This document shows positions 1 through 8,953 of a stretch of DNA of 29,733 bases, piece after piece (position 1 is the first letter of the stretch; each line of letters begins with the position of its first letter). Below the pieces are notes generated by a model that saw nothing but the letters and a program-made list of their open reading frames with translations, did no database searches and was not told the origin of the DNA. The translations under genes and the position numbers were made by a program. The DNA lies in the NCBI GenBank assembly GCA_033762295.1, contig JANRLW010000100.1, forward strand, positions 1-29,733. The letters run 5' to 3'. The stretch is from Capsulimonadales bacterium (GTDB taxonomy: Bacteria; Armatimonadota; Armatimonadia; Armatimonadales; Armatimonadaceae).

Positions 1-56
1 GCGGCGATGCCGACCAGCAGTGAGACGATACCAAAAGGCTTTAGAACGATTCGCAC
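1..56 (-). CDS. 5' end of a possible exported/membrane protein running off the left edge (partial)
   Basis: Minus strand GGAGAG, then GTG at 56, reading (M)RIVLKPFGIVSLLVGIAA, which is signal-peptide-like. It is divergent from the LacI gene. Only 18 codons are visible. Confidence 0.35.
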   Translation of the reverse strand, partial: MRIVLKPFGIVSLLVGIA

Positions 57-262
57 GGTGATTCTTCTCTCCGAAAAGGGTTCATTCCCGGATTTACGCT
101 CGTTCCCATTATCGGTAATCGCTTCACTGATCTTTCGTCTACATTGCGTAAGGGATCAGGAATCCTCCCGTTTTCTTCCTGCCACTTTTTGTCGGCCGAC
201 GTGTCCGATGGAGCAGGGAAAGAACCGTCCTCTGAGGCCGGACCGACCGGAGAACCGGCGGT

Positions 263-291
263 TTGACTTCCGACAGGTATTGACCTAAAAT
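263..291 (+). promoter_or_regulatory. sigma70-type promoter of the LacI gene
   Basis: TTGACT (263-268), 17 bp, TAAAAT (286-291). It is overlapped by AAAATCGATTAT, a CG-centred, LacI-operator-like pseudo-palindrome. Confidence 0.6.
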
Positions 292-349
292 CGATTATCC
301 TGCGATCCCGGAAAGGCTGCCCGTATTACGGGATCAGTTCACGGAACCA

Positions 350-1369
350 ATGGCCACCATTCATGACGTCGCCAAAGCGAGCGGTGTCTCCGTTACGACC
401 GTTTCCGTCGTTCTGAATAACGCGCCCCGACCGGTCAATGCCGAAACACGGCAACGAGTACTCGCGGCGGCACGACGTCTGAACTACCATCCGAACGCCA
501 TGGCCCGTGGTCTGGTCAGTCGGCGTACGCACTCCCTCGGCATCCAGTTCTCCTCGGTCGAACCTTCCGTCGTCACCAACTACTACGCCTCCGGCATTCT
601 GAGCGGTATTCTGGCCGAGGGGGCGATGCGGAAGTACGATATCCACCTTTTCACGTCGCTCTGGGAAAACGCCACCGTTTCCGGTTCGCGGATCAAGGCG
701 CAGCGTACCGACGGCGTTCTGGCGATCAGTCCCGTCATCGGCTCGGATATCGCTTCCGGGCTGGAGCAGGCCAATCTCCCGGTGGTGGTCGTATCCGCGC
801 CGTCGGGCCTGCCGAACGTTCCCTACGTCGATGTGGACAATATCCTTGGCGCGCGCCTGGCCGTCGAACACCTTCTCGAACTGGGACATACCCGGATCGC
901 TTACCTGGCCACGGATCGAACGATGCATAGCGAACGAGAGCGGGAAGCGGGATTTCTCACCGGGATGCAGGAGGCCGGCCGGTCGGTCGCGCCGGAGTTC
1001 GTCGTTTCCACCAGTTACGTCCTCGGGGATATCACACAGTCGCTCGCCCGCTTGCTCGCTCTGCCCGCCCCGCCGACGGCGCTGTTCGTCTGCAATGACA
1101 ATATCGCGCTCTCCCTTCTGAAGGCGGCGCGGGACCTGAATGTCTCCATCCCGGGGACCCTTTCCCTGATCGGATTCGATGATACCGACCTTGCCTCCCT
1201 GTCGGCTCCCGCTCTGACCACGATCCGCCACCCGCTTCGTGACATCGGGGCGACCGCCGCCCGTCTGCTGATCGAACGTATTGAGGGCCGGGCGGTACCC
1301 GAACGCCATATCTTCACGCCGGAACTGGTCGTCCGCGCGTCCACGGCCCCGCCGCCGCACCGGACCTGA
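350..1369 (+). CDS. LacI/GalR family transcriptional regulator
   Basis: N-terminal HTH TIHDVAKASGVSVTTVSVVLN, hinge YHPNAMARGL, effector-domain motifs VDVDN, GHTRIA, SLIGFDD, PALTTI, LVVRAST. Confidence 0.96.
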   Translation: MATIHDVAKASGVSVTTVSVVLNNAPRPVNAETRQRVLAAARRLNYHPNAMARGLVSRRTHSLGIQFSSVEPSVVTNYYASGILSGILAEGAMRKYDIHLFTSLWENATVSGSRIKAQRTDGVLAISPVIGSDIASGLEQANLPVVVVSAPSGLPNVPYVDVDNILGARLAVEHLLELGHTRIAYLATDRTMHSEREREAGFLTGMQEAGRSVAPEFVVSTSYVLGDITQSLARLLALPAPPTALFVCNDNIALSLLKAARDLNVSIPGTLSLIGFDDTDLASLSAPALTTIRHPLRDIGATAARLLIERIEGRAVPERHIFTPELVVRASTAPPPHRT

Positions 1370-1374
1370 CCGGC

Positions 1375-2064
1375 ATGAACTACCTGGCCCATCATGCCGT
1401 CGCCCGTCGCAAGTCGCCGGAGGCGGACCCGTTGTTCTTTGTCGGCAATCTTCTCCCGGACCTTCTTGCGCTGGAGGAAAGGGCGAGGCTGCGGGCGGTC
1501 CATCTACCGGCGCCCACGGAAACGGAGTCGCCCCTGATCGCGGGGATGCGCCTGCACTTCGCGGCCGACCGGCAGTTCCATGCCGCGCCCATCTTTCACT
1601 CCCTCTGCCGGGAAGCCGCCGAACGGCTCCGTCGGACCGGGTTTCCGACACCGTTACGTCGCACGTTTTTTCTGGCTCACGTTCTAACGGAAATCGCTCT
1701 CGACGGTTCGCTCCTTCGGGAATCACCGGCGCTTGCCGACGACCTGTACGACCGACTGAGCGACGTCGACCGGGTCCGGGTCGAACGAGAACTCGCGCCG
1801 ATCCTTCCGGTATCGCCGCTCTCTCCCGTCAGCGGCAGCGTTTCGGCCATCCTCGATCGGTTCGTCGGTTACGGCTGGCTTCGCACATACGGCAGTTACC
1901 CCGGACAGGCGGCCGCTCTGCGGCGCATCTGGCAACGGGCGGGCCTGCCGGGACTGCGCGACCCGGCGGACCTCGCCCTTCTGACCGACGTCCTGGAGGA
2001 GTTCGCCCCCCGCATCCGCGCGGCAACGCCGGAACTTCTCGGAGCGGAAGGCGGACCGGACTGA
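1375..2064 (+). CDS. AcpH-like (ACP phosphodiesterase / DUF479-like) metal-dependent hydrolase
   Basis: MNYLAH...GNLLPD...GMRLHFAADRQFH...HVLTEIALD matches the AcpH pattern MNxLAH...GNxxxD...GxxLHxxxDxxxxH. It starts 5 bp after the LacI stop. Confidence 0.65.
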   Translation: MNYLAHHAVARRKSPEADPLFFVGNLLPDLLALEERARLRAVHLPAPTETESPLIAGMRLHFAADRQFHAAPIFHSLCREAAERLRRTGFPTPLRRTFFLAHVLTEIALDGSLLRESPALADDLYDRLSDVDRVRVERELAPILPVSPLSPVSGSVSAILDRFVGYGWLRTYGSYPGQAAALRRIWQRAGLPGLRDPADLALLTDVLEEFAPRIRAATPELLGAEGGPD

Positions 2065-2176
2065 CCGGAACGTGACATTATTCACCGGCGTCGCCGTTAT
2101 ATTCACCGCTCGATTCTCCGTATGGAAGGTTAGTGCAGGCATCATCGCCTAGAAAGTCTGAGAACTCCCATCTTCA

Positions 2177-3340
2177 ATGAGGAAGATCCACCCGGTACCC
2201 GTTTCGTCTTCGGTCGACCGCCCTGCGCCCAAAAAGCGGTCGATAGTCTCAGGATCGAAAGCAGGATCGAAGGTACGTCCTTTGGTCGCCTCGCTCCTTC
2301 TGCTCGGTCTTTTTGCGCCGTCCGTTCCCGCGACTCCGCCGCCCGTCACGTCGCCGATGACGGAGAGGTCGGTGGCAAAACCGGAACCGAGTCCTCACAA
2401 CACACGGAATCGAAAGGGCAAAGCGGTCGCTCGTCCCGCCGGAACCGCCGGAACCGCCAAAACCGTCGGACGCGCCCGGTCCGCTCGCGGGACGGTGTCC
2501 GCGCCGCCCTCGGTCGACTACCTGCTCTTCTGTAATCAACCGGAACGCCTGACCCGTCCGGGGGCCTACGCGGACGCGCGCCTGATCGGCGGCCGCACCT
2601 ACCGCATCTTCTTTCACTATCGGAACATGAAACGCTCTTCGGCTCCGTTGACGCTGGCCTTCCACGGAACGGCGGGCGCTCCGCTGACCGTCTCGCTGCG
2701 TAAGGGAATCGCCGACCCGCAGAACGATCCGCCGCGTGCCGGACGTCAGGCGTTGACGAAGTATCTCCGGGCGCGGTCCGTCCCGGTCACGGGTCGCAAC
2801 GGGTCTATCGCCCTGCCGCTGACTCTGCGCTCGTTCGACACCGCCTCCGGGATTCTGACCGTCCGCCCGTCCGCCGACTGTCGTTTTCGCGTTCTTTTCG
2901 ACGGCGGGCGGCAGACCGTTCGTGGCGCGCGGGTCACCGAAGTGCCCGCTCCCCGGCGGGAGGTGACCATCCGACTGTCGGAAACCCGACCCGCCCGGTT
3001 CTTTCGTATCGGACGTCCCGATGATCTGCCCGAACAACACGCCCCCCGATCCGGAAACGTATCCGCCAGGGACCGTATGGACGGCAGTTACGGGTTGCTC
3101 TACTCCTTTCATGTTCGGACGCCGCCGGGTCGCCGCGTTCGGATCACCTTTTCGCCGCGCGGCGGGCAATCCGGCATGGTCGCGCTGGTCGACGGTTCGG
3201 TCCGCTCCAGCAACATCGTCCCCCCGGCCGGGCTGGCTCTCTTCGCCGAAACCACCGTCACCGACGCCGGTCTTCACCTGGTGACGATGCCGTTCGGCGG
3301 GGTCTTTTACCCGGTCGAGATCGCGTTCCATCTGCGGTAA
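2177..3340 (+). CDS. Exported hypothetical protein with a beta-rich conserved domain
   Basis: 387-aa ORF with a hydrophobic signal-like segment (LVASLLLLGLFAPSVPA), a basic/Pro-rich linker, then a globular region (LLFCNQPE...RIFFHYRN...DGSYGLLYSF...SPRGG). The start codon is uncertain. Confidence 0.7.
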   Translation: MRKIHPVPVSSSVDRPAPKKRSIVSGSKAGSKVRPLVASLLLLGLFAPSVPATPPPVTSPMTERSVAKPEPSPHNTRNRKGKAVARPAGTAGTAKTVGRARSARGTVSAPPSVDYLLFCNQPERLTRPGAYADARLIGGRTYRIFFHYRNMKRSSAPLTLAFHGTAGAPLTVSLRKGIADPQNDPPRAGRQALTKYLRARSVPVTGRNGSIALPLTLRSFDTASGILTVRPSADCRFRVLFDGGRQTVRGARVTEVPAPRREVTIRLSETRPARFFRIGRPDDLPEQHAPRSGNVSARDRMDGSYGLLYSFHVRTPPGRRVRITFSPRGGQSGMVALVDGSVRSSNIVPPAGLALFAETTVTDAGLHLVTMPFGGVFYPVEIAFHLR

Positions 3341-3389
3341 GGTGGCAGCCACCGACACATCATGCTACACTTCTGCCGAGGACCCAACG

Positions 3390-4562
3390 ATGACAGCCAG
3401 CACCCCGTCCGTCGCCGATTCGACCGACCGCCGTCTTTCGACCGCTCTGGAGGAGGTTTCACGCCATATCCGCGCCCTGAAACCGTACATTCCGGGCAAA
3501 CCGATCGAGGAGGTCAAACGCGAACTCGGTCTGACCGGGGAGATCGTCAAACTGGCCTCCAATGAAAACCCGCTCGGTCCGCCGCCGTCCGCCCTCGCGG
3601 CGCTTCGGGACGCTCTGCCACGCCTGTCTCAGTATCCCGACGGTGGCTGCCACGATCTCCGGATGGCGGTCGCTCGCAAGCTGGGGGTGCCTGCAGACGG
3701 ACTGGTATTCGGCAACGGCTCGGACGAGATCATTCACCTCCTCGGCCTGACCTTTCTTCAGCCCGGAGACGAGGTGGTCGTCGGCGATCCGACTTTTGTG
3801 CTGTACGAAGCCGCAGCCACATTGGCCGGGGCCGTCACGGTCAAGGTTCCCCTCACCCGCCCCGACTATGCGCACGACCCGCAGGCGATGGCGGACGCCT
3901 TCACCGATCGGACCCGCCTGGTCTTCATCGCCAATCCGCATAACCCGACCGGTTCGCGGATCGGGCGGGACGCGGTCGACCATCTGCTGGCGCGTCTTCC
4001 GGCGCGCGCCCTGCTGATTCTGGATGAAGCCTACGGTGAGTATGTGTACGGTACGCCGGGTTTCCCCGCCGCCCTGGAGTATATTGCATCGGGCGCGCCG
4101 GTCATCGGTCTGCGAACCTTCTCCAAAATGTACGGCCTGGCCGGTCTGCGGGTCGGCTACGCCGTCGCGCACCCGGAAGCGATCCGTGCGCTGAACCAGT
4201 CCCGCTCTCCCTTCAATGTCAACCTGGCCGGACAGGTCGCCGCCACCGCCGCCATCGACGATGACGCCTTTGTCGAGGCGGGGAAACGTGCGAACGCCGC
4301 CGGTATGACGCAGTTGATCGCCGGGTTTGACCGACTCGGGCTGCGCCATATCCCCTCCTTCACCAATTTCGTCATGTTCGATACCGATCGTCCGTGCCGC
4401 GCCGTCTTCGAGGCCCTGCTCCGCCAGGGAGTGATCGTCCGTACCGGCGATATCTTCGGTATGCCCACGTTCCTGCGCGTGACCATCGGTACGGAGGCGC
4501 AGAACGCCCGATTCCTGTCCGCTCTGGAAGCCGTCCTGCCCGGCATCGCGCCTGCCGGTTAG
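3390..4562 (+). CDS. hisC: Histidinol-phosphate aminotransferase
   Basis: KLASNENPLG, GNGSDEII, ANPHNPTG, LDEAYGEY, RTFSKMYGLAGLRVGY (PLP lysine), LRVTIGT. ATG 3390 is preceded by GAGGA. Confidence 0.93.
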   Translation: MTASTPSVADSTDRRLSTALEEVSRHIRALKPYIPGKPIEEVKRELGLTGEIVKLASNENPLGPPPSALAALRDALPRLSQYPDGGCHDLRMAVARKLGVPADGLVFGNGSDEIIHLLGLTFLQPGDEVVVGDPTFVLYEAAATLAGAVTVKVPLTRPDYAHDPQAMADAFTDRTRLVFIANPHNPTGSRIGRDAVDHLLARLPARALLILDEAYGEYVYGTPGFPAALEYIASGAPVIGLRTFSKMYGLAGLRVGYAVAHPEAIRALNQSRSPFNVNLAGQVAATAAIDDDAFVEAGKRANAAGMTQLIAGFDRLGLRHIPSFTNFVMFDTDRPCRAVFEALLRQGVIVRTGDIFGMPTFLRVTIGTEAQNARFLSALEAVLPGIAPAG

Positions 4563-4576
4563 AAAGTCCCCTCCCG

Positions 4577-5056
4577 GTGTCCGACCAACCGACCAACCGT
4601 TCCCAACGCACCCACCGCTCCCGTCGTTTCCTTCTGCAGGCCCTTTGCGCCCTGGCGATCGGGACGGTCGCCGCGCTCGCCTGGCAGGTGCCACCCGCCG
4701 GTTGGACGTCGAACGATGTCACCACCGGACGGCACCCCGGCTATCCCGATCTGCAGCCGCGCCGCTATGACATGTCCGTTGAAAACACGACGACGTTCGC
4801 CTCCGAGGCGTTGCGGCGGGTTCCGGGCGGGAAGGTGACCCGGACCGTCCCCGCCGGAGGCCGCGTCCATGGCGAGGCGCAGGTGCTCGGAACGCCGTTC
4901 GTCGATGATGTGGAGATTCTCGTCACGCCCGAGAACGGTCACTCCCTGGTCACGATCCGCTCCCGTTCCCGGGTCGGCAAGGGAGACCTGGGTGTCAACG
5001 CCGCCCGTATCCGGGCGATCCAGTCGACGATGGATGAAAAACTGCCCCGTCTCTAG
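4577..5056 (+). CDS. DUF1499 family membrane-anchored protein
   Basis: N-terminal TM, NDVTT, FVDDVEI, and the C-terminal signature IRSRSRVGKGDLGVNAARI. GTG 4577 is chosen because it follows the hisC stop. Confidence 0.8.
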   Translation: MSDQPTNRSQRTHRSRRFLLQALCALAIGTVAALAWQVPPAGWTSNDVTTGRHPGYPDLQPRRYDMSVENTTTFASEALRRVPGGKVTRTVPAGGRVHGEAQVLGTPFVDDVEILVTPENGHSLVTIRSRSRVGKGDLGVNAARIRAIQSTMDEKLPRL

Positions 5057-5167
5057 CAGGCTCTACCGTGTTTTCCGCAACGCCGGGGTTCTGCGGGGCG
5101 TATAAATACCCGTAGACGAAGGTTTCCGGAATTCCGTGAAACGCCTTCCGTATCGCCTGGTCCAAGG

Positions 5168-6622
5168 ATGGGAATGCTCGAACCGGAACACCCAGAATCA
5201 CAGAACGCCGAACCCGAGGAAATCGCTCCCCGGCGTCTCCCCTCGTCTCCTCGCTGGTGGCTGCCGTTCGCGTTGCTGATATCGCTTGGCCTGCACCTGT
5301 TGATGGGGGTCGTGGCCGTCCGCACCGGTTTCCTCATTCCGCCGACCGTCGCCGACGCGCAGCCGGAAACCGTCCGCCTGGTTATTCCTCGTCGTTCCGA
5401 CCGCGCCGATCCTGAGGGGACGGACGGACGGACGCCGACGCCGGTCCCGACGCCCCGCCCGGTCCTCCGGCCGACCCCCGCCCCGGTTCCTTCGCCATCG
5501 CCGACGCCGCTCCCGCCCGAGGAACCGGATGCCGTGCCGGTCCCGGTTCCCTCTCCGCCGCCGCGCCGTCTGCCGGTCACGAAAACGTCGCCGACCCCGC
5601 TCCCTCGCCCGACCGCCCGACCGTCCGCCGGGGCGAATCTTCCGAACCGACTGCCGATCCCGCTTCCGCGGGGGCAGGCCGACGGAAATCGTGAGACCCC
5701 GCCGAACGAGGAACCGGATACGCGCATCGTCGCGCGGCCGGACGCCCCGCCGTCGCCGCTTCCCCCGGCAATGAACGATACCGAGGCCGGCAAGCCTCCC
5801 GAACCGGCTCCGGCCACGGTCGCCGCCGTTCCCGACCCGACGGCGAACACCCCGATCGGCGAGGTCAAGACCGGCAAGGAGACGGGGACGGAGACCGATT
5901 CCGGAACCGGGATCGCGCCGGGCGTCGGCGCGGGAGCCGGGCGGGCCAACGATCTGGGAATCGTGCGCGGGATCCCGTTCGGTTCGGAACTGGGCCTGAC
6001 GCGGGGCGGCAACCCGAACGGAGGGGGCGGCATCGGACGCGGGGCGGGCGGCGGCACGCGTGGGGGGGTTCCCCGCTTCACCCTCGCCCGACCGTCACGC
6101 CCGGAGGACGGCCCGCCCGTCCGGATCGTCTACGTGATTGATACGTCCGGAAGCATGGAGGAAGGCGGCAAGATGGAACGTGTCCGCTCCGCGATGGTGC
6201 AGGCGCTGTCCGAACTGAGGCCGGAGGACGCCTTCAACATCATCTTCTTCTCGAACGAGGCGACCACGTTCTCAAAAACGTTGCGTCCTGCGACCAATGC
6301 CAATATCAGCGCGGGGGTCACCTCGGTGAGCGTCATGATTCCGCACGGGCAGACCAACTTCCAGCAGGCGCTCGACCTCGCCTTCCGGGACCCGGAGGTC
6401 ACCCATGTGTTCTTCATGTCGGACGGCGAACCGACCGAAGGCATGACCGACTTCGCGGAGATCGTCGAACTCGCCCGTCAGCGAAACCGTCACCAGGCGC
6501 GGATTATCACGCTGGCGCTCGGTCTGGGCGAAAAGTTCAAAGGCATGACGCTGTTGCGCCAGCTGGCGGAAGCCGGTCGCGGTAAGTTCGACTATGTCGA
6601 TCTGAGCAAGTCGAAACGCTGA
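5168..6622 (+). CDS. Single-TM protein with Pro-rich stalk, Gly-rich linker and C-terminal vWA domain
   Basis: TM FALLISLGLHLLMGVVAV, PTPVPTP-type repeats, vWA MIDAS DTSGS ... GQT ... SDGEPT. Confidence 0.85.
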   Translation: MGMLEPEHPESQNAEPEEIAPRRLPSSPRWWLPFALLISLGLHLLMGVVAVRTGFLIPPTVADAQPETVRLVIPRRSDRADPEGTDGRTPTPVPTPRPVLRPTPAPVPSPSPTPLPPEEPDAVPVPVPSPPPRRLPVTKTSPTPLPRPTARPSAGANLPNRLPIPLPRGQADGNRETPPNEEPDTRIVARPDAPPSPLPPAMNDTEAGKPPEPAPATVAAVPDPTANTPIGEVKTGKETGTETDSGTGIAPGVGAGAGRANDLGIVRGIPFGSELGLTRGGNPNGGGGIGRGAGGGTRGGVPRFTLARPSRPEDGPPVRIVYVIDTSGSMEEGGKMERVRSAMVQALSELRPEDAFNIIFFSNEATTFSKTLRPATNANISAGVTSVSVMIPHGQTNFQQALDLAFRDPEVTHVFFMSDGEPTEGMTDFAEIVELARQRNRHQARIITLALGLGEKFKGMTLLRQLAEAGRGKFDYVDLSKSKR

Positions 6623-6652
6623 CCGACGCAAAAGGACCGGGTTCGACCGGTG

Positions 6653-7660
6653 TTAACCGGTCTCCGGCGTTTCCCTGGCGAACGTCCGGATCATCTCGAT
6701 CCAGGCAGGCTGCTTTTCAAATCCGAGCGCCTCGTTGATCGAAAGCATCGGTCGGTTGATCGAGGCGTTATCGGTCCGGATGGTCGGGCAACCGACGGAA
6801 CGGGCGTACTCGATCGCCCGCAGTTTCAGCGCGAAAGCGATTCCCTTCCGTCGGTAGGCGGGCCGTACCCCGGTGAATCCGGTTTCGAGATCGCTGTCCT
6901 TCTGCCGCTTCCAGAGCGAGGTCACCCCGGCGACCTTTCCGTTGTCCGTGTCGACCGCCAGAAAAATCGCGTCCCACAGAATGTTGGGGTTCTCCTCAAA
7001 ATGCTTCCTCCACCGGTCGATCGGCAGGAAGGTGATCGGTTCGGGGGTGGGGACGCCTGCGGTTGCTTCCACGTCCATTTCGTACCACGCCTCGAAGAAA
7101 TCCGGACGCTCGTCGCGCAGTTCCCCGGCGGTTTTGATTACGATCCCGTGCTTCGCCGGTTCCCGGTAGCGATCGGCGAAGGGCGTTCCGTCAAAGGTTT
7201 CCACGTTCAGTCGGGATTCCCACTCGCGGAAATCCTCGACGAAACCGCGGTCCTGCGCGAACCGAAAGCCGCGCGTCCAGTCCTCCCGAACCTTGCAGCG
7301 CACGGAGAGCGGATCGCGTGCCATCAGTTCGTCATGGATCGTACGGAACAGGGTCGTACCGACGCCCACCCCCTGAAACTCGGGGATGACGGTGAGATCG
7401 GCGTAGAACTTTCGCGGGTGATAGGTCCAGGGGAACTGGTAAAGGCTGCCGCGTCCGACGGTCCGACCGTCGAACTCCGCGAGCCAGCGGAGGCTGAGAC
7501 ATTTCGGGTCTTGTTGCGCATCCCAGGCCCGGACCTCCTCGACGGTACGGGCATACTCGGGCAGAGCCGCGTTGCCGATCGCGACCCAATCCCGGTAATC
7601 GTCCTCGGAAAAGGTGAAGGGTCGCAGTTCGGTCTTATTGGGCGCTGAAACGGTCGTCAT
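6653..7660 (-). CDS. Tandem-domain GNAT N-acetyltransferase
   Basis: Two acetyl-CoA-binding motifs (VIPEFQGVGVGT and TGVRPAYRRKGIA) and NRPMLSINEALGF. ATG 7660 has AAGGAG upstream. Confidence 0.9.
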   Translation of the reverse strand: MTTVSAPNKTELRPFTFSEDDYRDWVAIGNAALPEYARTVEEVRAWDAQQDPKCLSLRWLAEFDGRTVGRGSLYQFPWTYHPRKFYADLTVIPEFQGVGVGTTLFRTIHDELMARDPLSVRCKVREDWTRGFRFAQDRGFVEDFREWESRLNVETFDGTPFADRYREPAKHGIVIKTAGELRDERPDFFEAWYEMDVEATAGVPTPEPITFLPIDRWRKHFEENPNILWDAIFLAVDTDNGKVAGVTSLWKRQKDSDLETGFTGVRPAYRRKGIAFALKLRAIEYARSVGCPTIRTDNASINRPMLSINEALGFEKQPAWIEMIRTFARETPETG

Positions 7661-7786
7661 TCTCTTGCTCCTTGATTCCTTCCGCTCTTCGCGGTCCGTT
7701 TCCTTTATCTCCGACTCCTGACGCCGTGCTAAACCGGCGGGACGTCCTTCCGGACGGCGGTACGCAAACTTTTGCGGTGATGTTCC

Positions 7787-7815
7787 TTGACAACTCCAGT
7801 GGAAAGCCATACAAT
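7787..7815 (+). promoter_or_regulatory. Near-consensus sigma70 promoter for the DUF1559 gene
   Basis: TTGACA (7787-7792), 17 bp, TACAAT (7810-7815). Confidence 0.8.
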
Positions 7816-7823
7816 TCGGTGGA

Positions 7824-7867
7824 TAAATCAATTTACACAAAGGTTTGTGGCTCAGTAAATTGATTTG
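7824..7867. promoter_or_regulatory. Paired operator-like sites just downstream of the promoter
   Basis: AAATCAATTTAC (7825-7836) and its exact reverse complement GTAAATTGATTT (7855-7866). Each is a TAAAT-NN-ATTT pseudo-palindrome, and the centres are about 32 bp apart. Confidence 0.6.
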
Positions 7868-8047
7868 TTTTCAATGTTGATTCGAAAAACCGGGGTCGGT
7901 TTTCGGGCCTTGTCGCCTCCTCCTTCGCTGTTTCCGCGCCAGGTCCTCCGACCGAGGGTGTTCCCGCCTTCCCGGTTTCTCCGTATGCGTACCGGCACTT
8001 ATTCTCCGGCGCGACCGCGACCGGTTCGACCGAAAGGACCGCTAATT

Positions 8048-8881
8048 ATGTTTGAAAATCGCCGACCGTCCGCCCGTCCCCGAGCGACCGCGGGCTTCAC
8101 CCTGATCGAATTGCTCGTTGTTATCGCGATCATCGCCATTCTGGCCGCGATTCTGTTCCCGGTCTTCGCCCAGGCCCGTGAAAAGGCCCGCCAGACCTCC
8201 TGTCTTTCCAATGAAAAGCAGCTCGCCCTCGGCGTCCTGATGTACGCTCAGGACTACGATGAATCCTTCCCGGTCTCCCGCTGGTGGCCGGAGTACGATC
8301 CGAACGTTCCCGGCAAGCAGGGCTGGGCGGTCGCCGTACAGCCCTACCTCAAAAATCTGGGCATCTTCCGCTGTCCGAGCGACAGTCTCGGCTTGACCCC
8401 GGCGCCGGATGCTTCCGGTTGGTGCGGCGTCTACCTGAGCTACGTCGGCAACTCCTACCACGCCGGCGGCAACCCGAACGTCGCTCGCGGACCCTTCGGG
8501 TATGTGGGCGCCTTCTGGATGGAATCCGGCGCGGTCGCCCTCGCGAAGATGAACAAACCGGCCGACACGATCCTTCTGACCGAGAAGTTCGCCCAGGATA
8601 ACAACAATACGTTCCCCGGCGCGAACTGCTCGAACGGCTGGCCGACCGGTGATGTCATCACCGGCGCGATGGACGACTTCGCCCAGAGGATTCCGGACGG
8701 AACCCGCGATACGACCCTTACCTACCCGAACGGACGCAACGGTGCGGTTTCGGCTCGCCACAGCGACCGGGCCAACTTCGCGTTCACCGACGGCCATGTC
8801 AAGTCGATGATCCCTGCCGCGACCAACCCGGACCCGGTCAATCGCCCGCAGGACAATATGTGGGACGGCACCCGCCCGTAA
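8048..8881 (+). CDS. DUF1559 family prepilin-type N-terminal cleavage/methylation protein with H-X9-DG motif
   Basis: [56 protein letters not shown], and C-terminal [25 protein letters not shown] precedes ATG 8048. Confidence 0.95.
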   Translation: MFENRRPSARPRATAGFTLIELLVVIAIIAILAAILFPVFAQAREKARQTSCLSNEKQLALGVLMYAQDYDESFPVSRWWPEYDPNVPGKQGWAVAVQPYLKNLGIFRCPSDSLGLTPAPDASGWCGVYLSYVGNSYHAGGNPNVARGPFGYVGAFWMESGAVALAKMNKPADTILLTEKFAQDNNNTFPGANCSNGWPTGDVITGAMDDFAQRIPDGTRDTTLTYPNGRNGAVSARHSDRANFAFTDGHVKSMIPAATNPDPVNRPQDNMWDGTRP

Positions 8882-8898
8882 CGCCTTTCCCATGGTCA

Positions 8899-8930
8899 GG
8901 ACGCGCCCGGAAACCTTTCCGGGCGCGTCC
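8899..8930. repeat. Perfect 15-bp inverted repeat (intergenic stem-loop)
   Basis: GGACGCGCCCGGAAA-CC-TTTCCGGGCGCGTCC between the DUF1559 and lipoprotein genes. No U-tract follows. Confidence 0.8.
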
Positions 8931-8953
8931 CGAAATTCAAAGGAGAGTTCCTC

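Noticed and set aside
326..1726. Long antisense or alternative-frame ORFs (also 3459-4694, 6650-7648, 19679-21253, 22183-23280, 27009-28445, 28588-29619)
   Set aside because: They are shadows of well-supported genes on the opposite strand. Such ORFs are expected in high-GC DNA, and these have no family motifs.
7865..8047. Upstream extension of the DUF1559 ORF to TTG 7865
   Set aside because: ATG 8048 has an RBS and gives a normal short basic prepilin leader. The extension overlaps the operator and leader.
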